NCBI GenBank assembly: GCA_041651195.1
Contig: JBAZJR010000002.1
Location: forward strand, 53,857 to 117,856
Length of the DNA: 64,000 nt
Direction of reading: 5' to 3'
From: Patescibacteria group bacterium
Lineage (GTDB): Bacteria; Patescibacteriota; Patescibacteriia; Patescibacteriales; UBA12465
Within the stretch, counting starts at the first letter, position 1. Each line of letters opens with the position of its first letter. Of this stretch, positions 42,407 through 50,824 are shown piece after piece. The notes beneath the pieces were generated by a model that made no database searches, had not been told where the DNA came from, and saw only the letters and a list, made by a program, of their open reading frames with translations. Position numbers and translations under genes: made by a program.

Positions 42407-43273
42407 TCAACTTCGCCCATAGACGCCCGTCAATAAATCAAGGTCTTTCTTCGTGTCCAGTAATAATTGATTATTGAATTTAACGACAGCTTTCATCAGA
42501 TCTAGGGCCAGTTTATCTTGCCGGCTAGCGGAACTGGACTCCTGGAACATTTCCAGGAAAGTGGCCATGTCTTTGATAAAACAATGTCCGCCCGCGCCGC
42601 GGCCCGGCTTTTCGCTATGGCCACTGCTATGATGGACGGCTAGGTGGCCGTGGCCGATACGAGAATCGTGACCGACGATTTCGGCCACTTTTTCGTAATC
42701 AATCTTATGATTGCGCGCTAAATTATAGGCGATATTGGCATAAATCACCTTCAAGAACAAGAAATTATTCCCCATATACTTCACCAATTCCGCTTCCCGA
42801 CTGGGTACGATAAAATTATGCGGCGCCTTGGGAAGCAGCTTGAGGACCGCCTTGGCTTTCGCTTTAGATTTCTTGGTATAGCCGACGACATTGCGGGGCG
42901 GGTATTTAGTGTCAGCAACCGCGCTCCTTTCCCGCAAGAATTCCGGGGAATGCAGGATATATTTTTTCGGGTATAGCTTCTGGTATTTTTCCGTACTGCC
43001 GATCTTGATCGTAGATTTGATGATCGCCGTCTTGTTATCGCCCACCAATTTCAAGACTGCCCGCAAAATACTGTCGTCAAAACCTTTCGGCGTGCTCGGC
43101 GTCGGCACGGCGACAAAGACGAAATCGCAGGTCTTAATCAGATCTTTATTGGCAACATATTTCTCGTTGTCATAACGCACGATCTTGAAACCGCGCGCGG
43201 CGAAATCGTCCGCCATATTCTTGCCGATGAAGCCCTGACCGATGAAACCGACCGATATTTTCTGCTTATTCAT
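42407..43273 (-). CDS. short UDP-glucose/GDP-mannose dehydrogenase-family protein (288 aa, lacks the usual C-terminal domain)
   Basis: The likely start is MNKQKISVGFIGQGFIGKNM at 43273 (Rossmann GxGxxG). Catalytic-Cys motif GAGGHCFIKD about 48 aa before the C-terminus. The track ORF start at 43465 is an Arg/Trp-rich extension overlapping another ORF. Confidence 0.65.
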   Translation of the reverse strand: MNKQKISVGFIGQGFIGKNMADDFAARGFKIVRYDNEKYVANKDLIKTCDFVFVAVPTPSTPKGFDDSILRAVLKLVGDNKTAIIKSTIKIGSTEKYQKLYPKKYILHSPEFLRERSAVADTKYPPRNVVGYTKKSKAKAKAVLKLLPKAPHNFIVPSREAELVKYMGNNFLFLKVIYANIAYNLARNHKIDYEKVAEIVGHDSRIGHGHLAVHHSSGHSEKPGRGAGGHCFIKDMATFLEMFQESSSASRQDKLALDLMKAVVKFNNQLLLDTKKDLDLLTGVYGRS

Positions 43274-43304
43274 GTAATGTGAAATTAGTATATGCTCTTG
43301 ACTC

Positions 43305-43634
43305 TTATCTAAACCGCCGATAAGTCTTTTCCATTTCCTCCCGATCCTCTTCCATATTCTTCCGGACCTCCTCTTCTTCCTGCCGGGCCTGCTTATCCAG
43401 GAGATCTTGGAACTGCTTGGCCGCCAGCGCCTTTTCCGCAGCCAGATGGCCTTCGTCCGGATCATCTCTCAGCTTTTCTTGGTCCCGGATCTCGTCATGG
43501 TCGGCTGCCATCGCCTCTTCCTTGATCTCTTCTTTTTCGCGGTCGTCCGGCTTCCGCTCTTGCGGCCACCCGTCAAAATTTTTAAACAAATTTAAGTCTT
43601 TCATAGCGTTAAGATTTATTTTGCCTGATGACAT
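43305..43634 (-). CDS. hypothetical hyper-charged (Glu/Asp/Lys/Arg-rich) protein
   Basis: 109 aa, predicted helical, no family recognised. An alternative start at 43604 would remove the overlap with the upstream GT2 gene. Confidence 0.45.
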   Translation of the reverse strand: MSSGKINLNAMKDLNLFKNFDGWPQERKPDDREKEEIKEEAMAADHDEIRDQEKLRDDPDEGHLAAEKALAAKQFQDLLDKQARQEEEEVRKNMEEDREEMEKTYRRFR

Positions 43635-44604
43635 ATAAAGGCCTCCCTAAAACCTCATTATGGATATGGGCGATATAAAGCGCGACCAGTCCGAGCGAAG
43701 TAAGCACGATGCCGACGAGGAAAGTGATGAGGATCGCCAGCTGGGCCGGCCCGGAAAAACTGGCGGCATACGGCCAAGCGAATATATACTTGCCTAAAAA
43801 AATATATAAGCCGAAAGGTCCGACCGTAAATATGATCAGTAGCCCCAAGTAGCCGGCTAATTTCAGCGGGAAAAGGCTCAGGGAAACGAAGCTATTCATC
43901 GCCAGGCGGATCAACTTGCCGAGGCTATAGCCGGCATGGCCGTCAGCGCGCTCATTGGCCGTAAAAAAGATATATTCGCGCCGGAAACCCAGCCAATCGA
44001 TGAGCGCCCGGGTCATGCGGTTCTTTTCCGGCAAAGCCTTGAAAGCGTCGATAACCGCGCGATCGAGGATCCGGAAATCGGTTTCGCCTGGACGCATATC
44101 GATCTTAGAGATGCTGCGGATGATCCGATAAAATAAAAAAGAACCGGCGCGCTTGGCCCAGCCGGCTTTTCGATTCTTACTCCGCACGCCGATTACGACT
44201 TCCGCGCCGGCAGACCACTTTTCAACTAGCTCCGGTATCATTTCCAGGGGGTGTTGAAAATCCGCATCAACCATCAGGGCGGCCGCGCCGCGCGCTTCCG
44301 ACAACCCGGCCGACAACGCCGCTTCCTTGCCGAAATTACGGGAAAATTCAATCACTCTGACTACTAGGCTACCAGCGCCCGAAAGTTCATGGTTGATCTT
44401 GACTAAGGCCGCGGCGGAATCATCCGTACTGCCGTCGTTCACAAAAATAATCTCCCAGCCGTAGCCGGAAATCGAGCGCAAAACCCGGCTCAAAAACGCG
44501 AAAAAAGCGGAGATGTTAGCCGCCTCATTATAAACTGGAATAATTATGGAAACTAGTCGATCTTTTTCCATCGCGCTTGGGGCTGAAAGATGATAAATTA
44601 TCAT
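43609..44604 (-). CDS. GT2 polyprenyl-phosphate glycosyltransferase (DPM1/GtrB/ArnC-like) with C-terminal TM helices
   Basis: VSIIIPVYNEAANI, VNDGSTDDS and VDADFQHP motifs, with two C-terminal TM helices. An alternative start is the ATG at 44571. Confidence 0.85.
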   Translation of the reverse strand: MIIYHLSAPSAMEKDRLVSIIIPVYNEAANISAFFAFLSRVLRSISGYGWEIIFVNDGSTDDSAAALVKINHELSGAGSLVVRVIEFSRNFGKEAALSAGLSEARGAAALMVDADFQHPLEMIPELVEKWSAGAEVVIGVRSKNRKAGWAKRAGSFLFYRIIRSISKIDMRPGETDFRILDRAVIDAFKALPEKNRMTRALIDWLGFRREYIFFTANERADGHAGYSLGKLIRLAMNSFVSLSLFPLKLAGYLGLLIIFTVGPFGLYIFLGKYIFAWPYAASFSGPAQLAILITFLVGIVLTSLGLVALYIAHIHNEVLGRPLYVIRQNKS

Positions 44605-44636
44605 TAATATTAAACCATTTTTAAAGCACTAAGTCA

Positions 44637-44672
44637 AATAAAAAAGGTACCATGTCTTTTGGACATAGTACC
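44637..44672 (-). terminator. rho-independent terminator
   Basis: Minus strand: 11-bp stem (one mismatch) GGTACTATGTC / GACATGGTACC followed by TTTTTTATTT. Confidence 0.65.
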
Positions 44673-44698
44673 CAGATTGATGAAGAGCGGCGCTAGTA

Positions 44699-45163
44699 TT
44701 AAGCGGGCTCTTTAATTTCTTCGACCCCATACTTTAAGAGCTCCGCCACCTTCGGCAGGACATCGGAAAGATCCTTAACATAATGATTTACACTTTCTCC
44801 GGCCGGAGGATCCTGGCCAACGATGATGAAGCTGAAGCCCTCTGCTTCAAAAGAAACAAATTCCGCTTCATTGCCGCCGATAACGATGGCTTTTTTTATT
44901 TGGATCCGGCGGTGCTGAACTTCCTGCTCTAAAAGAGACAGGGAAATCTTCCCCTTGGCGAGGACTGATTGCGTGTTAATGAAGACCGGACAGCTGAGTT
45001 GGACGATCAGCGTATCGACAAAGCTGTCCGAGCCGTCCAATTCTTCCGGCATAAAGATCGTGCCGTAGCGTTGATCTATGACTTCCCGGAAAAATGCGGA
45101 TTGCTTGGCGACGCTATGTTGGCGCATCAAGGCGTCGGTAAATATTAAGAACGGTTTATCCAT
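44699..45163 (-). CDS. hypothetical protein, paralogue of 45203..45673 (weakly HAD-fold-like)
   Basis: 154 aa. Shares LIF-D-L near the N-terminus, a central I-V/F-I-G/S..E..F/I.....G block and a C-terminal DLSxxLPKV with its neighbour. Confidence 0.55.
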   Translation of the reverse strand: MDKPFLIFTDALMRQHSVAKQSAFFREVIDQRYGTIFMPEELDGSDSFVDTLIVQLSCPVFINTQSVLAKGKISLSLLEQEVQHRRIQIKKAIVIGGNEAEFVSFEAEGFSFIIVGQDPPAGESVNHYVKDLSDVLPKVAELLKYGVEEIKEPA

Positions 45164-45202
45164 TTATATTCTCCTTGGTGTTATTTGGTTTGATTGGGTT
45201 AA

Positions 45203-45673
45203 TTACACTACCTTCGGTAAAAACGAGAGGTCGGACAGCACGGTCGCGATCTCCGGATTATGCCGCAACCCGAGATCAGAATCCGGGAAACGGAATAATA
45301 TGAAATCCAGGCCAGCGGCGGAGACGATGCTTTTGTCTTCTTCCCGATCGCTGATAAAGATCAAACGCTGGCTGCCGGCGAAAAACCAGGAAATCGATTT
45401 AGTCAGGCCGGGACGGTTAAAGACGGCGTCCGGATAAATGATAATGAATGGACGATTAGCGCTCGCTATCTCATCCAGGTGGGGGGCTGATTGGCTAAGA
45501 AAATTCTGTAAGTTATCTTTCTTAACCAAGAAAATTACAAAAAAATTATTTTTTTTCGATAGCTTCAAGAGATCGGTTAAAGCTTGCGGCTCTTTAGCCC
45601 AATACTTGATCACCAAGTCTCCGGGAAAAACCAAGATTTTTCTCTTCGGCTGAGTCTGTTGGGATCGCTCCAT
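45203..45673 (-). CDS. hypothetical protein, paralogue of 44699..45163
   Basis: 156 aa. RLIFISDREEDKSIVSAAGLDFILF resembles HAD motif III/IV, but no DxD nucleophile motif is evident. Confidence 0.55.
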   Translation of the reverse strand: MERSQQTQPKRKILVFPGDLVIKYWAKEPQALTDLLKLSKKNNFFVIFLVKKDNLQNFLSQSAPHLDEIASANRPFIIIYPDAVFNRPGLTKSISWFFAGSQRLIFISDREEDKSIVSAAGLDFILFRFPDSDLGLRHNPEIATVLSDLSFLPKVV

Positions 45674-45740
45674 TTATGGTTCCTTTTTTAATGAACAAAT
45701 CAGTTATTTTTATTATTTTAGTGTTTTTTCACACTTATCA

Positions 45741-45769
45741 ATAATATCTAAATATCGATTAATAGTCAA
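45741..45769 (-). promoter_or_regulatory. candidate promoter for the paralogue pair
   Basis: Minus strand: TTGACT (45769..45764), 17 nt, TATTAT (45746..45741). Confidence 0.4.
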
Positions 45770-45789
45770 GGGGGTGGCAATTATTTTAA

Positions 45790-45820
45790 AATAAAAATGG
45801 CTAATATAAGCCATTTTTAT
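45790..45820. terminator. hairpin terminator downstream of hisS/small ORF
   Basis: AATGGCT-AATATA-AGCCATT perfect 7-bp stem flanked by an A-run and a T-run. Confidence 0.55.
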
Positions 45821-45846
45821 AAAAACTAATTAAAAACTAGGGCTGC

Positions 45847-46002
45847 CTATTTACAAATCATATAAAAGGCTGCCACAAAAAAGATGACCGTTACAAAAAC
45901 CCCGGCGATAAATCCGGACAAAGAGGAGGCGAGATGCTTCCCCAGGCGCCACTTAAAATGGCGGTGCTCATGAGAGATAAACTCGTCTTTGATCTCTGAC
46001 AT
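45847..46002 (-). CDS. possible 51-aa single-TM peptide
   Basis: Below the ORF-track cutoff. It reads MSEIKDEFISHEHRHFKWRLGKHLASSLSGFIAGVFVTVIFFVAAFYMICK and lies directly downstream of hisS. Confidence 0.3.
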   Translation of the reverse strand: MSEIKDEFISHEHRHFKWRLGKHLASSLSGFIAGVFVTVIFFVAAFYMICK

Positions 46003-46041
46003 AGTTTTATGAGATTAATGATTAATTATAATTATAAATTT

Positions 46042-47331
46042 TTAAAATTTTTCCGTCTCCTCCCGGCCGCTCGCCATATCCTTGATCTTATATATCCCTT
46101 GCGACGCCTCGTCTTCACCCATGATTACGACCCGGTCGATCTTTTTCTTATTGGCAAATTCCAAAGCTTTGCCGACTTTCTGCTCTTCTAGGCCGACCAG
46201 GACATTCTTTCCCTGGCCGCGCAGCTCTTTCGCGAGACGATTCAAAGGCGCCGTTAACTTCTCGCTGAGGAGCGGCAGATAATAGCGATCCGCACCTTCG
46301 CCTTTAATCCGATCAAGTAGTCCCCAGGTTTCCAAGAACAGCCGCGTCGTCTCGTCGCCCGGCGCGAAACCGACCGCCGGAAAATTCTTCTCCCCGAAAA
46401 TTTCCGCTAATCCGTTATAGCGGCCGCCGCCGAACATCGCCCGCGAATTCTCAGGATTCTTATCAAAGACTTCAAAAACCAAACCGTCATAATAATCAAA
46501 GCCGCGGATGACGGACGGATTGAATTCCAGCCAGTCGCCGTAACCGAGCTCATTCAAGACTCTTAAGGCCTGGGCCGTTTCTGCCAGGCCGAAATTATCT
46601 TTTAATTCCGGCAGTCTTTCCTCTAGCTTCTCCAGACTATCGGCCGTCATGAAAGAATTTATGACCGCGGCCGCTTTCTTATCTAACCCGGCTTCCTGCA
46701 GGCGTCCATCAATATCTTCCGGGCTCAGTTTCTGCCATTTATCCAGTGTGCGGACGACCAAGGTCTTTTTCTCGACCGAGAGCTCTCCGGCACCGGCCAA
46801 TTCCAGGACGGCGTCTATTAATTTCCGGTTACTGATGGCCAGGATGAAAGATTCTTGCGGCGGATCGAATTCCAACATGATATCCAAAGCTAATTGGAGG
46901 ATCTCGATATCAGCCGCCAAGCTATCGCTCCCGAAGGTATCGCAATTAAGCTGCCAGAATTCCCGGTTGCGGCCGCGCTGCGGCTTTTCGTTGCGCATGA
47001 AGTTGGCGATAGAAAAATATCGCAAGGGCTTCGGGCTGGCGGCATAGATCTTCGTCACCATCCGGGTCACAGACGGCGTCATTTCCGGCCGGATAGACAA
47101 TTCCCGGCCGCCCAGATCGCTAAAAGTCACGAGTTCTTTGCCACCGATATCTTCCCCTGATTTGGCGCGATAAATCTCCGCGCTTTCCACGAGCGGGGTC
47201 AGATACTCTTCAAAGCCGTAGCGGAGACAAACCCGGCGCCAGGTCTCGAAGATATATTTACGGATCGCAAATTCTTCCGGAAGCCAGTCCCGGGTGCCTT
47301 TCGGTTCCTGATTGGATAAAGCGCTGGGCAT
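46042..47331 (-). CDS. hisS: histidine--tRNA ligase
   Basis: KGTRDWLPEE, motif 2 FMRNEKPQRGRNREFWQ and motif 3 GGGRYNGL. The likely start is the ATG at 47331 (MPSALS). Confidence 0.92.
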   Translation of the reverse strand: MPSALSNQEPKGTRDWLPEEFAIRKYIFETWRRVCLRYGFEEYLTPLVESAEIYRAKSGEDIGGKELVTFSDLGGRELSIRPEMTPSVTRMVTKIYAASPKPLRYFSIANFMRNEKPQRGRNREFWQLNCDTFGSDSLAADIEILQLALDIMLEFDPPQESFILAISNRKLIDAVLELAGAGELSVEKKTLVVRTLDKWQKLSPEDIDGRLQEAGLDKKAAAVINSFMTADSLEKLEERLPELKDNFGLAETAQALRVLNELGYGDWLEFNPSVIRGFDYYDGLVFEVFDKNPENSRAMFGGGRYNGLAEIFGEKNFPAVGFAPGDETTRLFLETWGLLDRIKGEGADRYYLPLLSEKLTAPLNRLAKELRGQGKNVLVGLEEQKVGKALEFANKKKIDRVVIMGEDEASQGIYKIKDMASGREETEKF

Positions 47332-47431
47332 AATAGATATTACGGCGGATCTTAAGCCATCCACTATAGTTTAATTTTACTATCTCTAAGTATTTTTAGC
47401 AAATTCCGGCGCTGGCTGGACGGTTTTAAGC

Positions 47432-47465
47432 AATAAAAAACTCTTGCCTTAAAAGCGACAAGAGT
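47432..47465 (-). terminator. rho-independent terminator
   Basis: Minus strand: CTCTTG...CAAGAG hairpin followed by TTTTTTATT. Confidence 0.6.
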
Positions 47466-47482
47466 TTGGAGAAATCGCCTGG

Positions 47483-47878
47483 TCAGCCAGCCGGACTGAC
47501 TTTGGCGAAACCAGCTTTGGCAAAACTTTCCACATTATTGATTTCCGGAAAATGAAAAATGCCCTGGCAGCTCTTTTCGCAGACGAACCAGACTTTAGCC
47601 TGGCCATTGTTTTGCGAAATGCCGGCGCACATCGCGAAATCGCCTTCGGGAAAAAGCAGAAGTTCTTTCGGCTTGAAACCGATACTTTCAAAATCATACT
47701 CGAAATTGACAGTTTCAAAGCCGCAAGAGGCTAATTTCATAAAATATTCTGATTCCGCCGTCTTTCGGCTAGTACAGGCGGCTATCTTCCGATTTAACAA
47801 TTCCGACGCTCTCTTTACTTCTGCGGCGGGAAGAAGTTTTGTTTGGATCCCGGCTGGGGTAATAACTTCCTTCTTCAT
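47483..47878 (-). CDS. hypothetical 131-aa protein
   Basis: ORF with an ATG start and a downstream terminator. Five Cys residues. No family recognised. Confidence 0.5.
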   Translation of the reverse strand: MKKEVITPAGIQTKLLPAAEVKRASELLNRKIAACTSRKTAESEYFMKLASCGFETVNFEYDFESIGFKPKELLLFPEGDFAMCAGISQNNGQAKVWFVCEKSCQGIFHFPEINNVESFAKAGFAKVSPAG

Positions 47879-48097
47879 GATAATATCTCCCTCATTTTAT
47901 TGGAAAAAGTACAAAAAACTTATCTCGAATATATCACGCCGCCCGGCGGATTGTCAATGTTTATTGCCCGCAGCACGACAATGCCTTTAAAGGGCGCTGG
48001 CGGCTTTATTTATTCTTTAAAAAATTTTGAAATTTATTTAAGGCCGGTTTATTTAGAATGGAAAAATATTATAGTTAATTCTTTAATCGACAAAATT

Positions 48098-48808
48098 ATG
48101 AAAATTTTAATCATCGACGACGAAGCGGCCATCACCCAATTCCTGAAAGACGGTTTGGAGGCGAAAATGTATATCGTGGAAACCGCGTCTGACGGCGAGC
48201 GCGGCGCCTTCCTGGGCCGGACCGGCAATTACGACCTGATCATCCTAGATTATAACCTGCCGAAACTGAGCGGCGCCCAGGTCTTAGCCGAGATCCGCCA
48301 AGAAAAGAAACACGTGCCAGTCCTGATGCTCACGGTCCGATCAGAATTACAAGACAAAGCTGATATCTTCGCGCTCGGCGCGGATGATTATTTGACTAAG
48401 CCCTTCTTGTTCGAAGAGCTGCTTCTGCGCGTCCGAGCGCTTTTAAAAAGGCCGGCTAAAACAGCCGGCGATTTTTACAAAATCGATAATTTGACCCTGA
48501 ATGCCGGGAGCCAGATCGTCCGGCGCGGCGGCCGGGAAATCTATCTGACGCGGCGCGAATTCGCCCTGCTCGAATATCTCTTGCGCCAGCGGGGACAGAT
48601 CGTCTCGCGCAACCAGATTTTGGAAAACGTCTGGGACTATAACGCCGACCCCTTCAGCAATTCCGTGGAAACTCATCTGGCCAGCCTGCGGCGCAAGCTG
48701 AATGGCGATAAGAACCGCAACCTGATCCACACTTTTACCGGCCGGGGCTATAAGCTGGCCCTGAGTAAATTAGGCGGTTATGAGCAATCGGCTAATAAAA
48801 CTAACTAG
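48098..48808 (+). CDS. OmpR/PhoB-family response regulator
   Basis: MKILIIDDE...DLIILDYNLPKLSG receiver domain and a winged-helix C-terminus (LTRREFALLEYL, GRGYKL). The track ORF start at 47843 is an upstream extension. Confidence 0.9.
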   Translation: MKILIIDDEAAITQFLKDGLEAKMYIVETASDGERGAFLGRTGNYDLIILDYNLPKLSGAQVLAEIRQEKKHVPVLMLTVRSELQDKADIFALGADDYLTKPFLFEELLLRVRALLKRPAKTAGDFYKIDNLTLNAGSQIVRRGGREIYLTRREFALLEYLLRQRGQIVSRNQILENVWDYNADPFSNSVETHLASLRRKLNGDKNRNLIHTFTGRGYKLALSKLGGYEQSANKTN

Positions 48809-48846
48809 ACTAATTATAACAATATTGTTATAATGTCTTTAGGGCT

Positions 48847-49194
48847 ATGGAAATAGTACATTATGTCAGTCCGAACGGCAAAGTACCGACGCTGGAGTAT
48901 CTAAACGGTTTAATTGACAAGAAACAAAAGAAAAAGATTTATGATGATATCAGCCGTCTGGAGATATTCGGCCAACAAAAATTACTAGCGGCTGGAAAAG
49001 TAGAAAAAATAAAAGGCTATTCTGTAGATATCTGGGAATTGAAAACCAGTTGCGTTAGTAACATGATCTACCGGACATTATTTGGCATTATCAATGATAA
49101 GATAATAATATTAAATATTTTCAATAAAAAAGAGATGCGGATAAGACGGCGAGAAATAGCTAAATCGATTTCCCGTCTCAAACAAAATATATGA
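48847..49194 (+). CDS. Gp49/DUF891 (HigB-like) toxin
   Basis: 115 aa, N-terminal VSPNGKVPTLEYL. ATGA overlap with the XRE partner gene. Confidence 0.7.
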   Translation: MEIVHYVSPNGKVPTLEYLNGLIDKKQKKKIYDDISRLEIFGQQKLLAAGKVEKIKGYSVDIWELKTSCVSNMIYRTLFGIINDKIIILNIFNKKEMRIRRREIAKSISRLKQNI

Positions 49195-49517
49195 CCAGAG
49201 CCAAATATATTACCCACGGACAAGTATTAAAAGAGATGCTAAAAGATAAAAAATTTTCCCGTGAATACTTCCGAGATGATCCTGCTTATGATATCGGCCG
49301 CATGGTAGAAGACTTACGTATCAGAAACGGCCTGACACAGGCCGCCTTAGCAAAGAAAATAAGCACAAAACAATCAAGCATCGCTCGACTGGAAAGCGGG
49401 GATGCCGGACTGCCCAGCCTGAGTTTCCTTAAAAGGATCGCTGACGCAACAGGGACGATTTTAGTGTTACCGAGTTTCGCCGTCAAAGTGCCGCTGAGCA
49501 CAAGGGCAAAAAATTAA
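49191..49517 (+). CDS. XRE-family HTH antitoxin (HigA-like)
   Basis: LTQAALAKKISTKQSSIARLESG helix-turn-helix. Confidence 0.75.
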   Translation: MTRAKYITHGQVLKEMLKDKKFSREYFRDDPAYDIGRMVEDLRIRNGLTQAALAKKISTKQSSIARLESGDAGLPSLSFLKRIADATGTILVLPSFAVKVPLSTRAKN

Positions 49518-49530
49518 ACAGCCTAATTTT

Positions 49531-50703
49531 TTAAATAAACTTCTTCCCTTTGATCTTGTCCGGCAGATATTCCTGATTAGAGTCGTCTTCAAGAGGCGTA
49601 TACTTATAATCTTTCGCGTAGCCCAGGTCTTTCATCAGTCTTGTCGGCGCATTCCGAAGATGGAGCGGCACCGGCAGGTTGCCGGAAGTCTCCACTTCCT
49701 TCTGCACCCTTTGATATGCCACATAGGCGCTGATACTTTTCGGCGATTTCGCGAGATAGATGACGCAATGCGCCAGATTGACGCCGCATTCCGGCAGTCC
49801 CGTCTTCTGGCAGGCCTCATAGGCGGCATTAGCCAGCATCAAGGCGCTGTTATTAGCGAGGCCGACGTCTTCGGAGGCGAACCGGATCAGGCGCCGGGCG
49901 ATATAGAGCGGGTCTTCGCCGGCTTCAATCATCCGGACGAGATAATAGACGGCCGCGTCAGCTTGGCCGCCGCGCATAGACTTATGCAGAGCCGAAATGA
50001 GGTTATAGTGTTCTTCCCCGTCCTTATCATATAAGAGATTCGGCTTATTGATGATATTTTTGATCAATTCCCCGGTGATCTTCGCCTCGGACTCGACCGC
50101 GCTTTCCAAGATATTCAAAGCTTTACGAGCGTCGCCGTTGGAAAATTTAACGATCAGGCCGAGGACTTCGGCATTCAGCTTCACTTTTAATTCTTTCGCC
50201 GCCCGGGCGATTATTTTTTCGAGGTTAGCGGCGGTCAGCGCTTCCAAGACTACGACCTTGGAACGCGACAATAAAGCGCCGTTGACCGCGAAGCTAGGAT
50301 TCTCGGTCGTGGCGCCGATGAGAATGATGGTTCCGTTCTCCACGTGCGGCAAGAGCGCATCCTGCTGCGCCTTATTCCAGCGATGGACTTCATCGATAAA
50401 AAGGATAGTTTTCGTCCCTAACCGCCGGCTTTCTTTGGCCCGGTCCACGACCTTTTTCAGGTCTTTAACGCCGGAACTCGTCGCCGAGAATTCCACGAAC
50501 TCAGCTTTGGTTTCTTTGGCAATGATAAAAGCCAGGGTCGTCTTGCCGCTCCCAGGCGGACCCCAAAAAATAAGCGACGGCACCTTGTCGTTTTTGATCG
50601 CCTGATAAAGCCAGCCGGATTCGCTGATAACTTTTTCCTGGCCGACGAATTCAACCAAAGTTTTCGGCCGAAAATAAGTCGCCAGCGGGATATTTTTGAT
50701 CAT
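49531..50703 (-). CDS. rarA: replication-associated recombination protein A (MgsA/RarA AAA+ ATPase)
   Basis: FWGPPGSGKTTLA, ILFIDEVHRWNKAQQDALLPHVE and the C-terminal MgsA-type region HYNLISALHKSMRG. Confidence 0.9.
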   Translation of the reverse strand: MIKNIPLATYFRPKTLVEFVGQEKVISESGWLYQAIKNDKVPSLIFWGPPGSGKTTLAFIIAKETKAEFVEFSATSSGVKDLKKVVDRAKESRRLGTKTILFIDEVHRWNKAQQDALLPHVENGTIILIGATTENPSFAVNGALLSRSKVVVLEALTAANLEKIIARAAKELKVKLNAEVLGLIVKFSNGDARKALNILESAVESEAKITGELIKNIINKPNLLYDKDGEEHYNLISALHKSMRGGQADAAVYYLVRMIEAGEDPLYIARRLIRFASEDVGLANNSALMLANAAYEACQKTGLPECGVNLAHCVIYLAKSPKSISAYVAYQRVQKEVETSGNLPVPLHLRNAPTRLMKDLGYAKDYKYTPLEDDSNQEYLPDKIKGKKFI

Positions 50704-50745
50704 ACTCTTTTATATTTTAGCGCTTTTTCATTGCTAAGGACATAG

Positions 50746-50774
50746 TTGACATAATTTATGGAAAGTGGTTAAAT
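50746..50774 (+). promoter_or_regulatory. candidate promoter
   Basis: TTGACA (50746..50751), 17 nt, TTAAAT (50769..50774). An AGGAG lies before the ATG at 50825. Confidence 0.35.
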
Positions 50775-50824
50775 AAGCAGTTACCCTAATCGTTCTTACA
50801 ATAAACAAAACCACAGGAGTCGTA

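Noticed and set aside
43274-43465. Arg/Trp/Lys-rich 64-aa extension of the UDP-glucose-dehydrogenase-like ORF
   Set aside because: The Rossmann GxGxxG follows directly after the internal Met at 43273. The extension overlaps the charged-protein ORF in another frame and looks compositional.
47332-47482. T-box or other riboswitch leader upstream of hisS (and of cysS at 12570..12647)
   Set aside because: The leaders are short, no specifier or T-box consensus was visible, and the only strong hairpin (47432..47465) is better explained as the terminator of the upstream gene.
47843-48097. N-terminal 85-aa extension of the response-regulator ORF
   Set aside because: The receiver domain begins at the canonical MKILIIDDE (ATG at 48098). 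The extension lies in AT-rich promoter-like DNA with no similarity to response-regulator N-termini.
50048-50605. 185-aa plus-strand ORF (with 49660..50034) opposite rarA
   Set aside because: It is antisense to a gene with Walker A/B and MgsA C-terminal motifs.
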